A stretch of DNA of 20,000 nucleotides from an uncultured virus (IMG/VR IMGVR_UViG_3300027704_000023) (Duplodnaviria > Heunggongvirae > Uroviricota > Caudoviricetes > Crassvirales): IMG/VR virus record IMGVR_UViG_3300027704_000023; one strand, given 5' to 3'. Positions 9,420 through 17,308 of the stretch are shown here, one piece after another. The notes under the pieces are model-generated. The model made no database searches. It was given only the letters and a program-made list of their open reading frames with translations, and had not been told where the DNA came from. The number at the start of each line of letters is the position of its first letter. The first letter of the stretch is position 1. The position numbers and the translations under genes are program-made.

Positions 9420-9978
9420 TCTCTTCAGAGTATACTCCGTTAAAAAGAATGTTAATCTTCTTCTCTATTAAATCTTCAGTACCTCTTTTTGTACGTAAAT
9501 CTATAATATCGTAGATATCTTTCCGACGGTAATCCCATTTATTAATATCTTTTTTAATATTTTTTATATCTAATTGTAGATCTTTGTTTTTTACATTAAG
9601 GTTGAATATATCCTCTTTCAACATCCTTATAGTTTCTTTTAAAAAAGTTGTTTCAGCTGTATCAATCTCAATACCTTGAATCCTATTTTTTTCTAAGTCG
9701 TAAAGCTTTAAACAATCATCGTATCTTTCAGAAAAGGAAGAGTCTGAAGCCAATAGACCTTTAATAGATCTTACAGCGTAAAGTACAGTAGCGTGATCTT
9801 TATTTAAAAAAGCACCTATACTAGTACTTGAGTTGGACTCATTACTTAATATAGAGCAGAATACTCTTCTGGCATCAACGTTTACTCTTGATCGTCCTTC
9901 GAAATGTATTTCAGCCTTGAAGGCCTTGTTTACAATTTCCTTTAACGCTTCAGCATGTTCTAATTTTAATTCACTCAT
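9406..9978 (-). CDS. DnaA domain IV-like helix-turn-helix protein with coiled-coil tail
   Basis: R..VDARRVF...SIGAFLNKDHATVLYA matches the DnaA C-terminal signature (RDHTTV.HA); no AAA+ domain. Confidence 0.7.
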   Translation of the reverse strand: MSELKLEHAEALKEIVNKAFKAEIHFEGRSRVNVDARRVFCSILSNESNSSTSIGAFLNKDHATVLYAVRSIKGLLASDSSFSERYDDCLKLYDLEKNRIQGIEIDTAETTFLKETIRMLKEDIFNLNVKNKDLQLDIKNIKKDINKWDYRRKDIYDIIDLRTKRGTEDLIEKKINILFNGVYSEEIICF

Positions 9979-10502
9979 TATATTAAATTTATGTTACCCT
10001 CTGGAGATATATATTCCTTTGAGTAAGGTATTACATTATAACTATTTAACTCTCTAAGGTCCTTCAAAACTAACCTCGTAATCTTATCTAAACGACCTTT
10101 ACGTTGGTATATCTTACGATAAGCCTTTGATTTTTGAATCACTTGATCTGGAGACACGTTTTTAAAACACCACGAAAGCAATTCTTCTCTTTCAACTCTT
10201 ATAAAACCTCCCACTTCACACATTTCAAAAGCAATCCATTTAGCAGATCCTTTAGTCCAACCAGGCTTGCCTTGCACGTTAGCAAACTCTACCCATATCT
10301 CATCAGGTAAGTTGTTTCCTTTTACATCTACACCGTCTTTTCCATGCCAGAAGTCTACATGAAGGTTTATATCTTCATACTTAGTAGAAACATGAGCGTC
10401 AGGACAAGCTCTCTTGTACCTAGTGGCGCTTATATTTCCGTCTCTCCAAGACTGCTTGTATCTTGCCTTACTTACAACATTAGAATGGGTTGTCGTTTTC
10501 AT
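9978..10502 (-). CDS. Putative PD-(D/E)XK-fold nuclease-like phage protein
   Basis: ED...HVDF....VDVKG....IWVEF.NV.G.PGW..G.A.WIAFE motif spacing. Confidence 0.5.
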   Translation of the reverse strand: MKTTTHSNVVSKARYKQSWRDGNISATRYKRACPDAHVSTKYEDINLHVDFWHGKDGVDVKGNNLPDEIWVEFANVQGKPGWTKGSAKWIAFEMCEVGGFIRVEREELLSWCFKNVSPDQVIQKSKAYRKIYQRKGRLDKITRLVLKDLRELNSYNVIPYSKEYISPEGNINLI

Positions 10503-10701
10503 GTTCTTTGCATATTTCTCTTACTAGGTCTATCTCTATATTTACCCAGTCTCGAAAGGATTTAATTTGAATTAACACATCTTCAAGTTCAGTCAAAGCA
10601 TCCCCATCATCTTCATGTAGAGACTCATATAACATATCTGCTGCGTTATGAATCCTTTCACAAGCTTTAAAATATGTTTCGCTAACGGTACTATTGTTCA
10701 T
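10480..10701 (-). CDS. Hypothetical protein, 73 aa (acidic, helical)
   Basis: Tightly overlapping neighbours in the operon. Confidence 0.65.
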   Translation of the reverse strand: MNNSTVSETYFKACERIHNAADMLYESLHEDDGDALTELEDVLIQIKSFRDWVNIEIDLVREICKEHENDNPF

Positions 10702-11137
10702 TTTCCATGGATTTTTTTATCTCTAAGATGCATTGATCTACTTGAGCTTTATTTTTAGCCAAATATACATCATAACCTAGATTATTATCCATAATATGCT
10801 TTAAAAATATCTTCCACCTCATAGGAAAATCATGATGAGAAGGTAAATAACCTTTTGTTTCAATAATCCATTTGGAATCCTTTCCTACAAAGTCAGGTGT
10901 ATACCTAATAGGCTGTTGAACACTATTAGTCCTATCAGTCATAACCTTTTTTTTTGCGGTCATCTTAAAGTACTTATGTTCAAATCTAAAGGACTCCATT
11001 AAAACGAACTGCTGATCTTCATAAGAGAAAGCTATCCCAGCTTCATGTAACTTATCAGAACAATACTTCTCTATCGCACTAGCAAACTTCCCTAGCGATT
11101 TTTTTTTAGGTTTAGTTTTTCTTTTGTTTCTTTTCAT
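10691..11137 (-). CDS. T7 endonuclease I-like Holliday junction resolvase
   Basis: FASAIE...L...GIAFSYE...YTPDF...IIETKG motif. Confidence 0.75.
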   Translation of the reverse strand: MKRNKRKTKPKKKSLGKFASAIEKYCSDKLHEAGIAFSYEDQQFVLMESFRFEHKYFKMTAKKKVMTDRTNSVQQPIRYTPDFVGKDSKWIIETKGYLPSHHDFPMRWKIFLKHIMDNNLGYDVYLAKNKAQVDQCILEIKKSMENEQ

Positions 11138-11144
11138 GAGAGTT

Positions 11145-11152
11145 CGAAGTTA
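11145..11152 (-). promoter_or_regulatory. Possible -7 promoter variant (TAACTTCG)
   Basis: One mismatch to TAnnTTTG, in the intergenic gap just upstream of the endonuclease ATG. Confidence 0.3.
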
Positions 11153-11178
11153 CACTCCAGGTATCTACGCTTCCTAAT

Positions 11179-12981
11179 TTATTTAGATAAAAAATCAACG
11201 AAAGGAAGAGGTTTTTGTTTATCTCCTTGAAAATCAATAGATTTAAATAAAGGCTTTTTATCCAGCCAAGATATAAAACCTGTATGAGAGAGGTTCATGA
11301 TCATTTTATAAGGCTCGTCTACAGGTGTAGGCTCTCCTCCAGTTTCAACTTCTCGTACTTTTCTAACGTGTAACTCACTGAGCTTGCGTATGTTATGGTC
11401 TCCTGATTGAACCTTTCGATGAAGTGTTAGGAAGCAGTCAGCCCTGTTAACAAACTTACCTCCACCCTCTGTATCCTCAGCGTATGGGGCTATAGGTAAA
11501 CCGTCTGGTCCTTTACGTCTTTGAGCTTCTGTAAAGGCATGCATGTTTAACCATACAGCCACCTCATTCGCTTTTGAGAACGTAAGGAACTGACTAGCAG
11601 CTTCGTAATGGTAGTCATGTACACCAATACCTGAGTTAGTCATATCTAATCTCAATGAGTTATAAGGGTCTACAAATATTCCGTCAACATGTTGTTGAGC
11701 CATAACCTTCTCCATGAAGAGAATTATATCTGAATAGCTATACACTTGATTGTTATTGATGATAGTAAAGTGTTCCTGCACCCACTTGTAAGCTGACTTA
11801 CGTTGAGAGTAGTTCATGTCTTGAACCTTCCTGTCAGCAGCAAACTGCATAAGCTGCATCTTAACAGAAGCTGTGCGATTCTCTGAAGAGTATATAACCC
11901 ACTTCCACTTGTGACGCATGACTGAATTAGCTATAAGATATAAGGCTGTTGTGGTCTTACCCACATTGCTGTGTCCGTTAATAATAACAAACTCCTTCTT
12001 ATACCTAAAGAACTTATCTAGCTTATCGTCTCCAGTATCTAAACCTATAGCTATCTTACCTTGTGAGTAGTCATCTATCCATCTGAAGTCTTCATCGTCT
12101 GAAGATATGAATGACATATCCCCATCGTTGATAAGCATATTCCTCTGTACATTCTTCTCGCTTTCTATTATCTCTTTAATAGGTAAGGCCTTCCCTTTCT
12201 CTATCCCTGCGATAATGGTCTGCTTGGCGTGATCATCAGAATCTATATCCCTCTTACCTATCTCCCGAAAAAGGATTCTAAGTACCTCCTCTTCCTCCAT
12301 ACGTCCAGCAGATATATATCCACCGCAAAGTATAGAAGCTCTATTTAACGTCACCCACTTCTCACCGTCCTTAGCGTTACGTATCATACGAGCAGCTAAG
12401 TTTAGCTTCATGTAATCCGTATAAGAATAAGCTTCATTGATTGGTACCTGAGCTTCAGCATGCTCCGTAGTAAACGCTCCAAACCTTTTATAATCGTCCT
12501 TGATTATTATGTCAGGATCGTAAGACTCAAAGCAAGCCCTAGACTCGTTTATACCAGACTCGTCTAAATCTAATCCGTGCTGTCTGTTGAAGTAAGCTAC
12601 AAGAGCCCTGAAATGATCTCTATGCCTCTCTGGGTTTGTTATCCTAACAAGCGCTTTAACTCCGTCACCACTTGGAGAAACCCAGCATGAATGAATAAAG
12701 TCATCCGTAGCAAAGGCTGTCTTCGTCTCCTTAACATTAACGTGATCAAAGTCCAGAACAATAAATCCTGAATGCTCGAATAGACCCTCATCAGTTCTAG
12801 ACGAAAACTCCCCGCTAAAACAAATAACAGGGAGCTTAATCTTCTTCTCTTTATGTCCTTCTCGAACCTCACGTATTAAATCCTTGCTCTTCCCTTCCTG
12901 TATACGCAACAGCGCGGTCTCCAGCTGTATGTGATGCGGCTCCTTTATTAGCTTTATGTCTTGGAATATTGTTACTTTCAT
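11179..12981 (-). CDS. Primase-helicase fusion: BT4734/VirE-N-like primase domain + SF4 (DnaB/Twinkle-like) helicase
   Basis: N-term KLPVICFSGEF...HSGFIVLDFDH...WVSPSGDGVK...RACFESYDP; Walker A GHSNVGKT, SSEN, Walker B FVDPYN, GGKFVNRAD. ATG 12981 preferred over TTG 12993. Confidence 0.85.
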   Translation of the reverse strand: MKVTIFQDIKLIKEPHHIQLETALLRIQEGKSKDLIREVREGHKEKKIKLPVICFSGEFSSRTDEGLFEHSGFIVLDFDHVNVKETKTAFATDDFIHSCWVSPSGDGVKALVRITNPERHRDHFRALVAYFNRQHGLDLDESGINESRACFESYDPDIIIKDDYKRFGAFTTEHAEAQVPINEAYSYTDYMKLNLAARMIRNAKDGEKWVTLNRASILCGGYISAGRMEEEEVLRILFREIGKRDIDSDDHAKQTIIAGIEKGKALPIKEIIESEKNVQRNMLINDGDMSFISSDDEDFRWIDDYSQGKIAIGLDTGDDKLDKFFRYKKEFVIINGHSNVGKTTTALYLIANSVMRHKWKWVIYSSENRTASVKMQLMQFAADRKVQDMNYSQRKSAYKWVQEHFTIINNNQVYSYSDIILFMEKVMAQQHVDGIFVDPYNSLRLDMTNSGIGVHDYHYEAASQFLTFSKANEVAVWLNMHAFTEAQRRKGPDGLPIAPYAEDTEGGGKFVNRADCFLTLHRKVQSGDHNIRKLSELHVRKVREVETGGEPTPVDEPYKMIMNLSHTGFISWLDKKPLFKSIDFQGDKQKPLPFVDFLSK

Positions 12982-13234
12982 TGTCTTTTGCAATCATTAG
13001 AAGGATTATGTATCCAGCTATATCTATTAATGTATCCTCTGTGTCCTCAACAAGACCAGCATTAGCTATACGTTTAAGCTTGTCGTCCAAACGTACCTTT
13101 ATAGAAGTTGATGCGTCACAACACGAAAATATTTTCAGGGGATCTAATGCTGAATCTCCATACTTATTATTCTTATCAATCAACAACTCCTCAATCTCTC
13201 TACATTTTATCTTTATTTTATCCTTGGTGCTCAT
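12869..13234 (-). CDS. DUF1599 / nucleotide modification associated domain 1 (MazG-like all-alpha NTP pyrophosphatase fold)
   Basis: LLIDKNNKYGDSAL.P..IFS...VRLDDKLKRI...EDTLIDIAGY motif. Confidence 0.75.
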   Translation of the reverse strand: MSTKDKIKIKCREIEELLIDKNNKYGDSALDPLKIFSCCDASTSIKVRLDDKLKRIANAGLVEDTEDTLIDIAGYIILLMIAKDNESNNIPRHKANKGAASHTAGDRAVAYTGREEQGFNT

Positions 13235-13496
13235 CTAATGTTAGATTTGAATAGTTTAAAAAAAGTTTACTTGTTATACCCCTTATTATTATCTCTTTAT
13301 TTTTATTCTTACTCTTCTTACCGTAAGCTTCGTTAATCAACCTGTTCATAGTTCTTTTATCGTGCTTCATAATATCGTAAGGCTTATCATATATAGAGAC
13401 TATCCACGATGAACGCTCAGATACAATCTTATTTTTCTTATAAGCAATCTGAGCGTTCATGTAGTAGATAGGGGCCTTACTAGAACGGCATGTCAT
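13218..13496 (-). CDS. Hypothetical basic protein, 92 aa
   Basis: ORF overlapping both neighbours in the operon. Confidence 0.6.
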   Translation of the reverse strand: MTCRSSKAPIYYMNAQIAYKKNKIVSERSSWIVSIYDKPYDIMKHDKRTMNRLINEAYGKKSKNKNKEIIIRGITSKLFLNYSNLTLDEHQG

Positions 13497-13785
13497 CCGT
13501 TACAGCAGCTTCAGCTTTAGCTTGCTTTGCAGCTCGCTTCTCCTTAGCACCCTCACTATTCGGATCAAACACCGAACAACAAGCTTTCCCGCTCTTAGCC
13601 ATAAATAGCTTGAGATAGATGTTACCACCTTCTCCTGCGTCGTTACGCCTAGTAGCGTACTTGTCAATCATTTCTTTCAACTCGGTATCCTTAATACGGA
13701 CACTCCAACTAGAAAGCTCTCCCTCGAACATACGAGGCTCATCTGCGTACCCTACGAGTACTGAATCATATTTTACATCACTCAT
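13480..13785 (-). CDS. Putative single-stranded DNA-binding protein
   Basis: Small beta-rich protein ending in the acidic-aromatic tail DDMPF; located in the recombination/replication block. Confidence 0.55.
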   Translation of the reverse strand: MSDVKYDSVLVGYADEPRMFEGELSSWSVRIKDTELKEMIDKYATRRNDAGEGGNIYLKLFMAKSGKACCSVFDPNSEGAKEKRAAKQAKAEAAVTDDMPF

Positions 13786-13805
13786 GATAATAAAAAATTA
13801 AAAGG

Positions 13806-13904
13806 TTAGAAAAAAAAAGTATAATATAAACCTGTAACCAAACTGAATATACCCATCACATAAAAAAAGATGTGACTTAGTATCTCTATTATTTTACAGA
13901 ACAT
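13806..13904 (-). CDS. Small hydrophobic single-TM peptide, 32 aa (MFCKIIEILSHIFFYVMGIFSLVTGLYYTFFF)
   Basis: Manually translated; starts 4 nt after the exonuclease stop and fills the gap; below the ORF-track cutoff. Confidence 0.4.
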   Translation of the reverse strand: MFCKIIEILSHIFFYVMGIFSLVTGLYYTFFF

Positions 13905-13908
13905 CTAC

Positions 13909-14691
13909 CTAAACAGTAAATGACGCATAGCAATTAAGCTCTGGCGTCTCCTTGTCTAGGTAAGACTTTATATTCTCCAGGGCTTGATGAAACTTCATCT
14001 CACCCCTGAACAGGGTTTCCTCCGAGCATTTAATCTCTGCTGGGTAGTATGGGTACGTCTTCTCTTGAACTACCCAATAGTAGTCCTTGATATCAAATAC
14101 CTTTGTATATATATATGCTTGTATATCGTAGCTGAAACTATTCACATCGTAACGAAACTTATCTACGCTTCGTGAGCTCTTACTGTCTGTGATGAATCCG
14201 TCACCTAAGCAATCTAAGAACCCTCTTAAAGGAACGCCTTCAAGGTCTTCATTGAACTCAACTTGATATTTACCTTTGAGTCTTTTCTCAAGTAAACCAG
14301 ATATAGCTAGTCTCTCAACCATATCGTTAGCAGTCTTCCAGTCCGCAGCGGAAGCAAGGGTTTTTCCTTCTTCTTTGTAAGACTCTTCTATTTTCGCCTT
14401 GATCTCTTTATAGTCCTTTGTTAAATGCGGGGACTTAGACTCCAAGGTTTTGCTTTGGCACTTAGATAAGACTTCATCTTCATCAAGCACTACGTATTCT
14501 TTCAAGGCCTTCTCACGCTCAAACAACAGCATGTCGTACATGGTCCCGAATACTAAGGCATCAGAAGTATATTTAGCTTGACCTTTCATCTTCATCTCCC
14601 ACATCTGCATGTCTCCTAGAGCATACTTTATAGAGGAGTAAGAGAGGTGTCCCTTACCAGTCGCGGCTGTTAGTTGTTCTCTTAAAGTCAT
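13909..14691 (-). CDS. RecE/exonuclease VIII-like PD-(D/E)XK exonuclease (DUF3799-like)
   Basis: LSYSSIK...ALVFGT...QVEF...LRGFLD...DSKSS...YDIQAYIY...VVQEK motif series. Confidence 0.75.
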   Translation of the reverse strand: MTLREQLTAATGKGHLSYSSIKYALGDMQMWEMKMKGQAKYTSDALVFGTMYDMLLFEREKALKEYVVLDEDEVLSKCQSKTLESKSPHLTKDYKEIKAKIEESYKEEGKTLASAADWKTANDMVERLAISGLLEKRLKGKYQVEFNEDLEGVPLRGFLDCLGDGFITDSKSSRSVDKFRYDVNSFSYDIQAYIYTKVFDIKDYYWVVQEKTYPYYPAEIKCSEETLFRGEMKFHQALENIKSYLDKETPELNCYASFTV

Positions 14692-14924
14692 TTCTTCTTT
14701 TTCTTAGGGAGGTAGATTGCATCTTTCTGATTAACACATATTTCTTCAATCTCATATAAAGCTTTGCTTTGATCTTTATCGACACCATCAAATGTGCGAA
14801 AGAAATGAGTGAGTTGTATTAATTCAGTCCAAACCTGTATAGGAGTATAGTTTTTATACTTTTCTCTCTCTTTATTAGCTAAATCGACTAGCTCGTCTAT
14901 ACTGTGTGTTGTAAAATATTCCAT
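14688..14924 (-). CDS. Hypothetical protein, 78 aa
   Basis: ATGA-coupled to the exonuclease. Confidence 0.6.
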   Translation of the reverse strand: MEYFTTHSIDELVDLANKEREKYKNYTPIQVWTELIQLTHFFRTFDGVDKDQSKALYEIEEICVNQKDAIYLPKKKKK

Positions 14925-14925
14925 C

Positions 14926-15534
14926 TTATCGTACGAATTTCATTATACCTTCAACTTGCTTCTCGGTAAGTTGATCACCTTTCTTACTCATAAAGAAGTC
15001 AAATGCTTTTTTCTTATCAGACTGAGATTTTATATAGTCTATAGCCTTACTCATTAGTTCTGGATCCCTTTCGTTACTAGAAGGCTTTTTAGTGGCTGGC
15101 TTCTTAGCGGTAGGCTTAGGGTCTGGACTTGATGATAGCACATCTTTAAGATTCTTAAGGTTTTTATCGTTAACGCTTTGCTTAGCTATAGCATCTGTTA
15201 CTTCGTTAGCTGAAGCAATAGAAGCCTCTATACCGATACCCATCATAGCCAAAGCTCTACCTATAGCTGAAGTTTCGCAGTTCTCAACATAGCTCGTCTT
15301 GTTGATATGACTGGAAGATCTTTCTTCATGGGCATGGCCGCTAGCGATTATCCTCTGAGTAGGATCTGCAATGATTGCTTTACACACACACATTTCAGAA
15401 TCCAAAGATGTGAATTCCGTGGATATAGTCCAGTGTTTATACTCGTCTTCCTGACGGAAGAACTTTACACGTTCGTTGACCTCAACGTACTGCTTGCCAC
15501 GGATGTTCGTGGTCTTAAATTTATAATTAGACAT
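14926..15534 (-). CDS. Putative single-strand annealing protein (Rad52/Sak-like fold)
   Basis: IRGKQYVEVNERV...ASGHAHE...INKTSYVENCETSAIGRAL..MGIG; Pro/Lys linker; located next to the exonuclease and SSB. Confidence 0.65.
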   Translation of the reverse strand: MSNYKFKTTNIRGKQYVEVNERVKFFRQEDEYKHWTISTEFTSLDSEMCVCKAIIADPTQRIIASGHAHEERSSSHINKTSYVENCETSAIGRALAMMGIGIEASIASANEVTDAIAKQSVNDKNLKNLKDVLSSSPDPKPTAKKPATKKPSSNERDPELMSKAIDYIKSQSDKKKAFDFFMSKKGDQLTEKQVEGIMKFVR

Positions 15535-15557
15535 GTATTAAATTAAATTAGGGGTTA

Positions 15558-15588
15558 CAAATATACGAATGTTTTTTCAAAAACAACA
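15558..15588 (-). promoter_or_regulatory. Bacteroidota-type promoter (TTCG-TATATTTG -7 box) driving the recombination/replication operon
   Basis: Minus strand reads TGTTG-tttttgaaaaaacattcg-TATATTTG-taacc, with the -7 box 23 nt upstream of ATG 15534; exact TAnnTTTG match. Confidence 0.65.
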
Positions 15589-15792
15589 CTAAAAACCTAA
15601 GTTTCTAGAATTGTCATATAAGGTGTGCATTGATTTATTAAACTTAGCGGGAGTCTGATGGGTGTCTCTGCAGATCCTCATAAACTCATTAACTATACCT
15701 ATAGCATCTACCGATCTTATGCTGGTGTATGCTTGGGTAACTGGGTCGGTACTAATAGGATTGTACTTCATTTTGCGTTGTATGTTACTCAT
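15589..15792 (-). CDS. Hypothetical protein, 67 aa
   Basis: Same strand as neighbours, A-rich leader. Confidence 0.55.
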   Translation of the reverse strand: MSNIQRKMKYNPISTDPVTQAYTSIRSVDAIGIVNEFMRICRDTHQTPAKFNKSMHTLYDNSRNLGF

Positions 15793-15823
15793 TTGTTTAT
15801 TATTTTATTTAGTTGATTATCAA

Positions 15824-15976
15824 TTAGTTATTAAAGTTTATATCAAGTTTAAGTTTAAGGCAGAAAGCGTCGGCCACCCACTGAACAGCTTCTATATCTT
15901 CACTGTATGTAAAGTTTACATAAGCTTCACATAGCTCATCTAGAGATAAATCTTTAAAAGGATTCTTCCTGTACAT
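15824..15976 (-). CDS. Hypothetical protein, 50 aa (MYRKNPFKDLSLDELCEAY...)
   Basis: Manually translated; TAATG-coupled to the upstream 25-aa ORF. Confidence 0.55.
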   Translation of the reverse strand: MYRKNPFKDLSLDELCEAYVNFTYSEDIEAVQWVADAFCLKLKLDINFNN

Positions 15977-16053
15977 TATTTTTGTTTTAAGTTTTGATGT
16001 TCAAGATATAAAGCTATTATAGTAGCTAATACTCCTAGTGCTATTACAGTCAT
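15976..16053 (-). CDS. Small membrane peptide, 25 aa (MTVIALGVLATIIALYLEHQNLKQK)
   Basis: Manually translated; starts 1 nt after the upstream stop; one TM helix plus a basic tail. Confidence 0.5.
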   Translation of the reverse strand: MTVIALGVLATIIALYLEHQNLKQK

Positions 16054-16054
16054 A

Positions 16055-16264
16055 TTATCTTTCAGTTAGCCAGTCAGACACATACTCACTTCGGCACTCT
16101 TGAGAACATGGCTGCCCAAAAGATTCTACCTCTACTTCACCGCAGTTAGCACACATGGGTTGATCATCTAAGTTTTCAAATTCGCAGTGCTCTAAACAAT
16201 CTGGACATATACCCATCTCTGGATCGCTGGTGGATGCACCGCAACAGTCGCTTTCAAAACTCAT
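16055..16264 (-). CDS. Small Cys-rich zinc-binding protein, 69 aa
   Basis: SDCCGA...ICPDCLEHC and CANCG...CSQEC motifs. Confidence 0.7.
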   Translation of the reverse strand: MSFESDCCGASTSDPEMGICPDCLEHCEFENLDDQPMCANCGEVEVESFGQPCSQECRSEYVSDWLTER

Positions 16265-16605
16265 CTTGTTATTTCTATTAGTCCCCAGAACAACTTTATA
16301 GATGTCTTGCGGTTTGGTTTGCGGTTTTTTATAGACTTGGCTTTTACTTTAGTTTTTACTTTAGATTTGACTTTATCTATAGTTCTTTTATCTTCAACGA
16401 ACTTTAAGAACCTGGGGTCTTTGTTGTTGTGAAGAAAGGTAGACTCTCCATTCCTTACTCTAGAGACTGCACCCCATACAGATGCAGGGCTTCTCTTTAA
16501 TTCTCTCCCAATTACAGGGAATATTACAAGCTTATACTTGAACTCTCTTGCTGTATTGCAAGCTACTAACAGCTCTTCGGCTGTCCAATGCTTAACGTTT
16601 CTCAT
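16261..16605 (-). CDS. Putative Myb/SANT-like HTH DNA-binding protein, 114 aa
   Basis: WTAEE...IGRELKRSPASV pattern; Lys-rich tail ending SIKLFWGLIEI. Confidence 0.5.
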   Translation of the reverse strand: MRNVKHWTAEELLVACNTAREFKYKLVIFPVIGRELKRSPASVWGAVSRVRNGESTFLHNNKDPRFLKFVEDKRTIDKVKSKVKTKVKAKSIKNRKPNRKTSIKLFWGLIEITR

Positions 16606-16635
16606 GTTAAATTGTTTTATATAAATTAAATTGTT

Positions 16636-16830
16636 TTACTTTTCAGGGACATTATCGTCCATATTCATCATCAACTCATTGTACACGTACTTAAACTCTT
16701 CTGCTTTTAATCTCCACTGCATGGCTATAATAAGTAGATCTTTTTTACTGTGTGCTTTTAACGCGGATTTGATTTGTTCTTTGGACCATGAAGCCAGAGG
16801 GTCAGTTTCTATGTCTTTATTTAAACTCAT
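16636..16830 (-). CDS. Hypothetical protein, 64 aa
   Basis: ATGA-coupled ORF. Confidence 0.6.
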   Translation of the reverse strand: MSLNKDIETDPLASWSKEQIKSALKAHSKKDLLIIAMQWRLKAEEFKYVYNELMMNMDDNVPEK

Positions 16831-17051
16831 ATTTTTATAAATGTATTTGTTTTGTTTTTTAACTTCTTAGTTACCTTCACCCTTGCTCTTAGCTTTCTAG
16901 CGGTTGTGTTCGCTTCCTTCTGTATTACAGCTAGGGTAGCCTCAAAGGCATAAGTAGTAGCTTTCTGATTAAGCTTATCTACAACCTCATACACATCATT
17001 ACTGTACGCAAGTATATCTCTTATTTCTCTAACACCCAAAAATCTTTTCAT
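16827..17051 (-). CDS. Hypothetical basic protein, 74 aa
   Basis: A-rich leader; coupled to the downstream gene. Confidence 0.6.
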   Translation of the reverse strand: MKRFLGVREIRDILAYSNDVYEVVDKLNQKATTYAFEATLAVIQKEANTTARKLRARVKVTKKLKNKTNTFIKI

Positions 17052-17071
17052 GTTATTTATATTATGTTAAT

Positions 17072-17154
17072 AAAAAAGGGAGCTCATTGTGCAGCTATCC
17101 AAAGCTAAGTAAGGTCTTCACCTTTTTCTTTTAGAATGAAACACACGAACTCCC
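17072..17154 (-). ncRNA. Putative multibranch structured RNA followed by U6 tract
   Basis: Closing stem GGGAGTTCGT-GTGT / GCAC-A-ATGAGCTCCC enclosing hairpins TTCT/AGAA, AAGGT-GAAG-ACCTT and AGCT/AGCT; then TTTTTT. Confidence 0.5.
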
Positions 17155-17161
17155 AATTATA

Positions 17162-17308
17162 TTATGTTTCTTCAAACACGATCCATGCATCATCCTCATC
17201 AGGAGATATGTTTACTATGTTCTCGGCTTCTTCTCTTGTTAGATCAGCGTATAACATATGCTTATGGTTAGTTGCTTTATACACTCGTTTTACTGTGTAT
17301 GTTTTCAT
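17162..17308 (-). CDS. Hypothetical protein, 48 aa (MKTYTVKRVYKATNHKHMLYADLTREEAE...)
   Basis: Manually translated; ATGA overlap with the 197-aa gene. Confidence 0.6.
   Translation of the reverse strand: MKTYTVKRVYKATNHKHMLYADLTREEAENIVNISPDEDDAWIVFEET

Noticed and set aside
10947..10955. A9 run with in-frame A_AAA_AAG on the - strand in the endonuclease gene
   Set aside because: The -1 frame stops after about 3 codons (GGT TAT GAC TGA) and would remove the catalytic motif; probably just KKK.
17072..17154. Hammerhead ribozyme
   Set aside because: Core CUGANGA motif absent on both strands.
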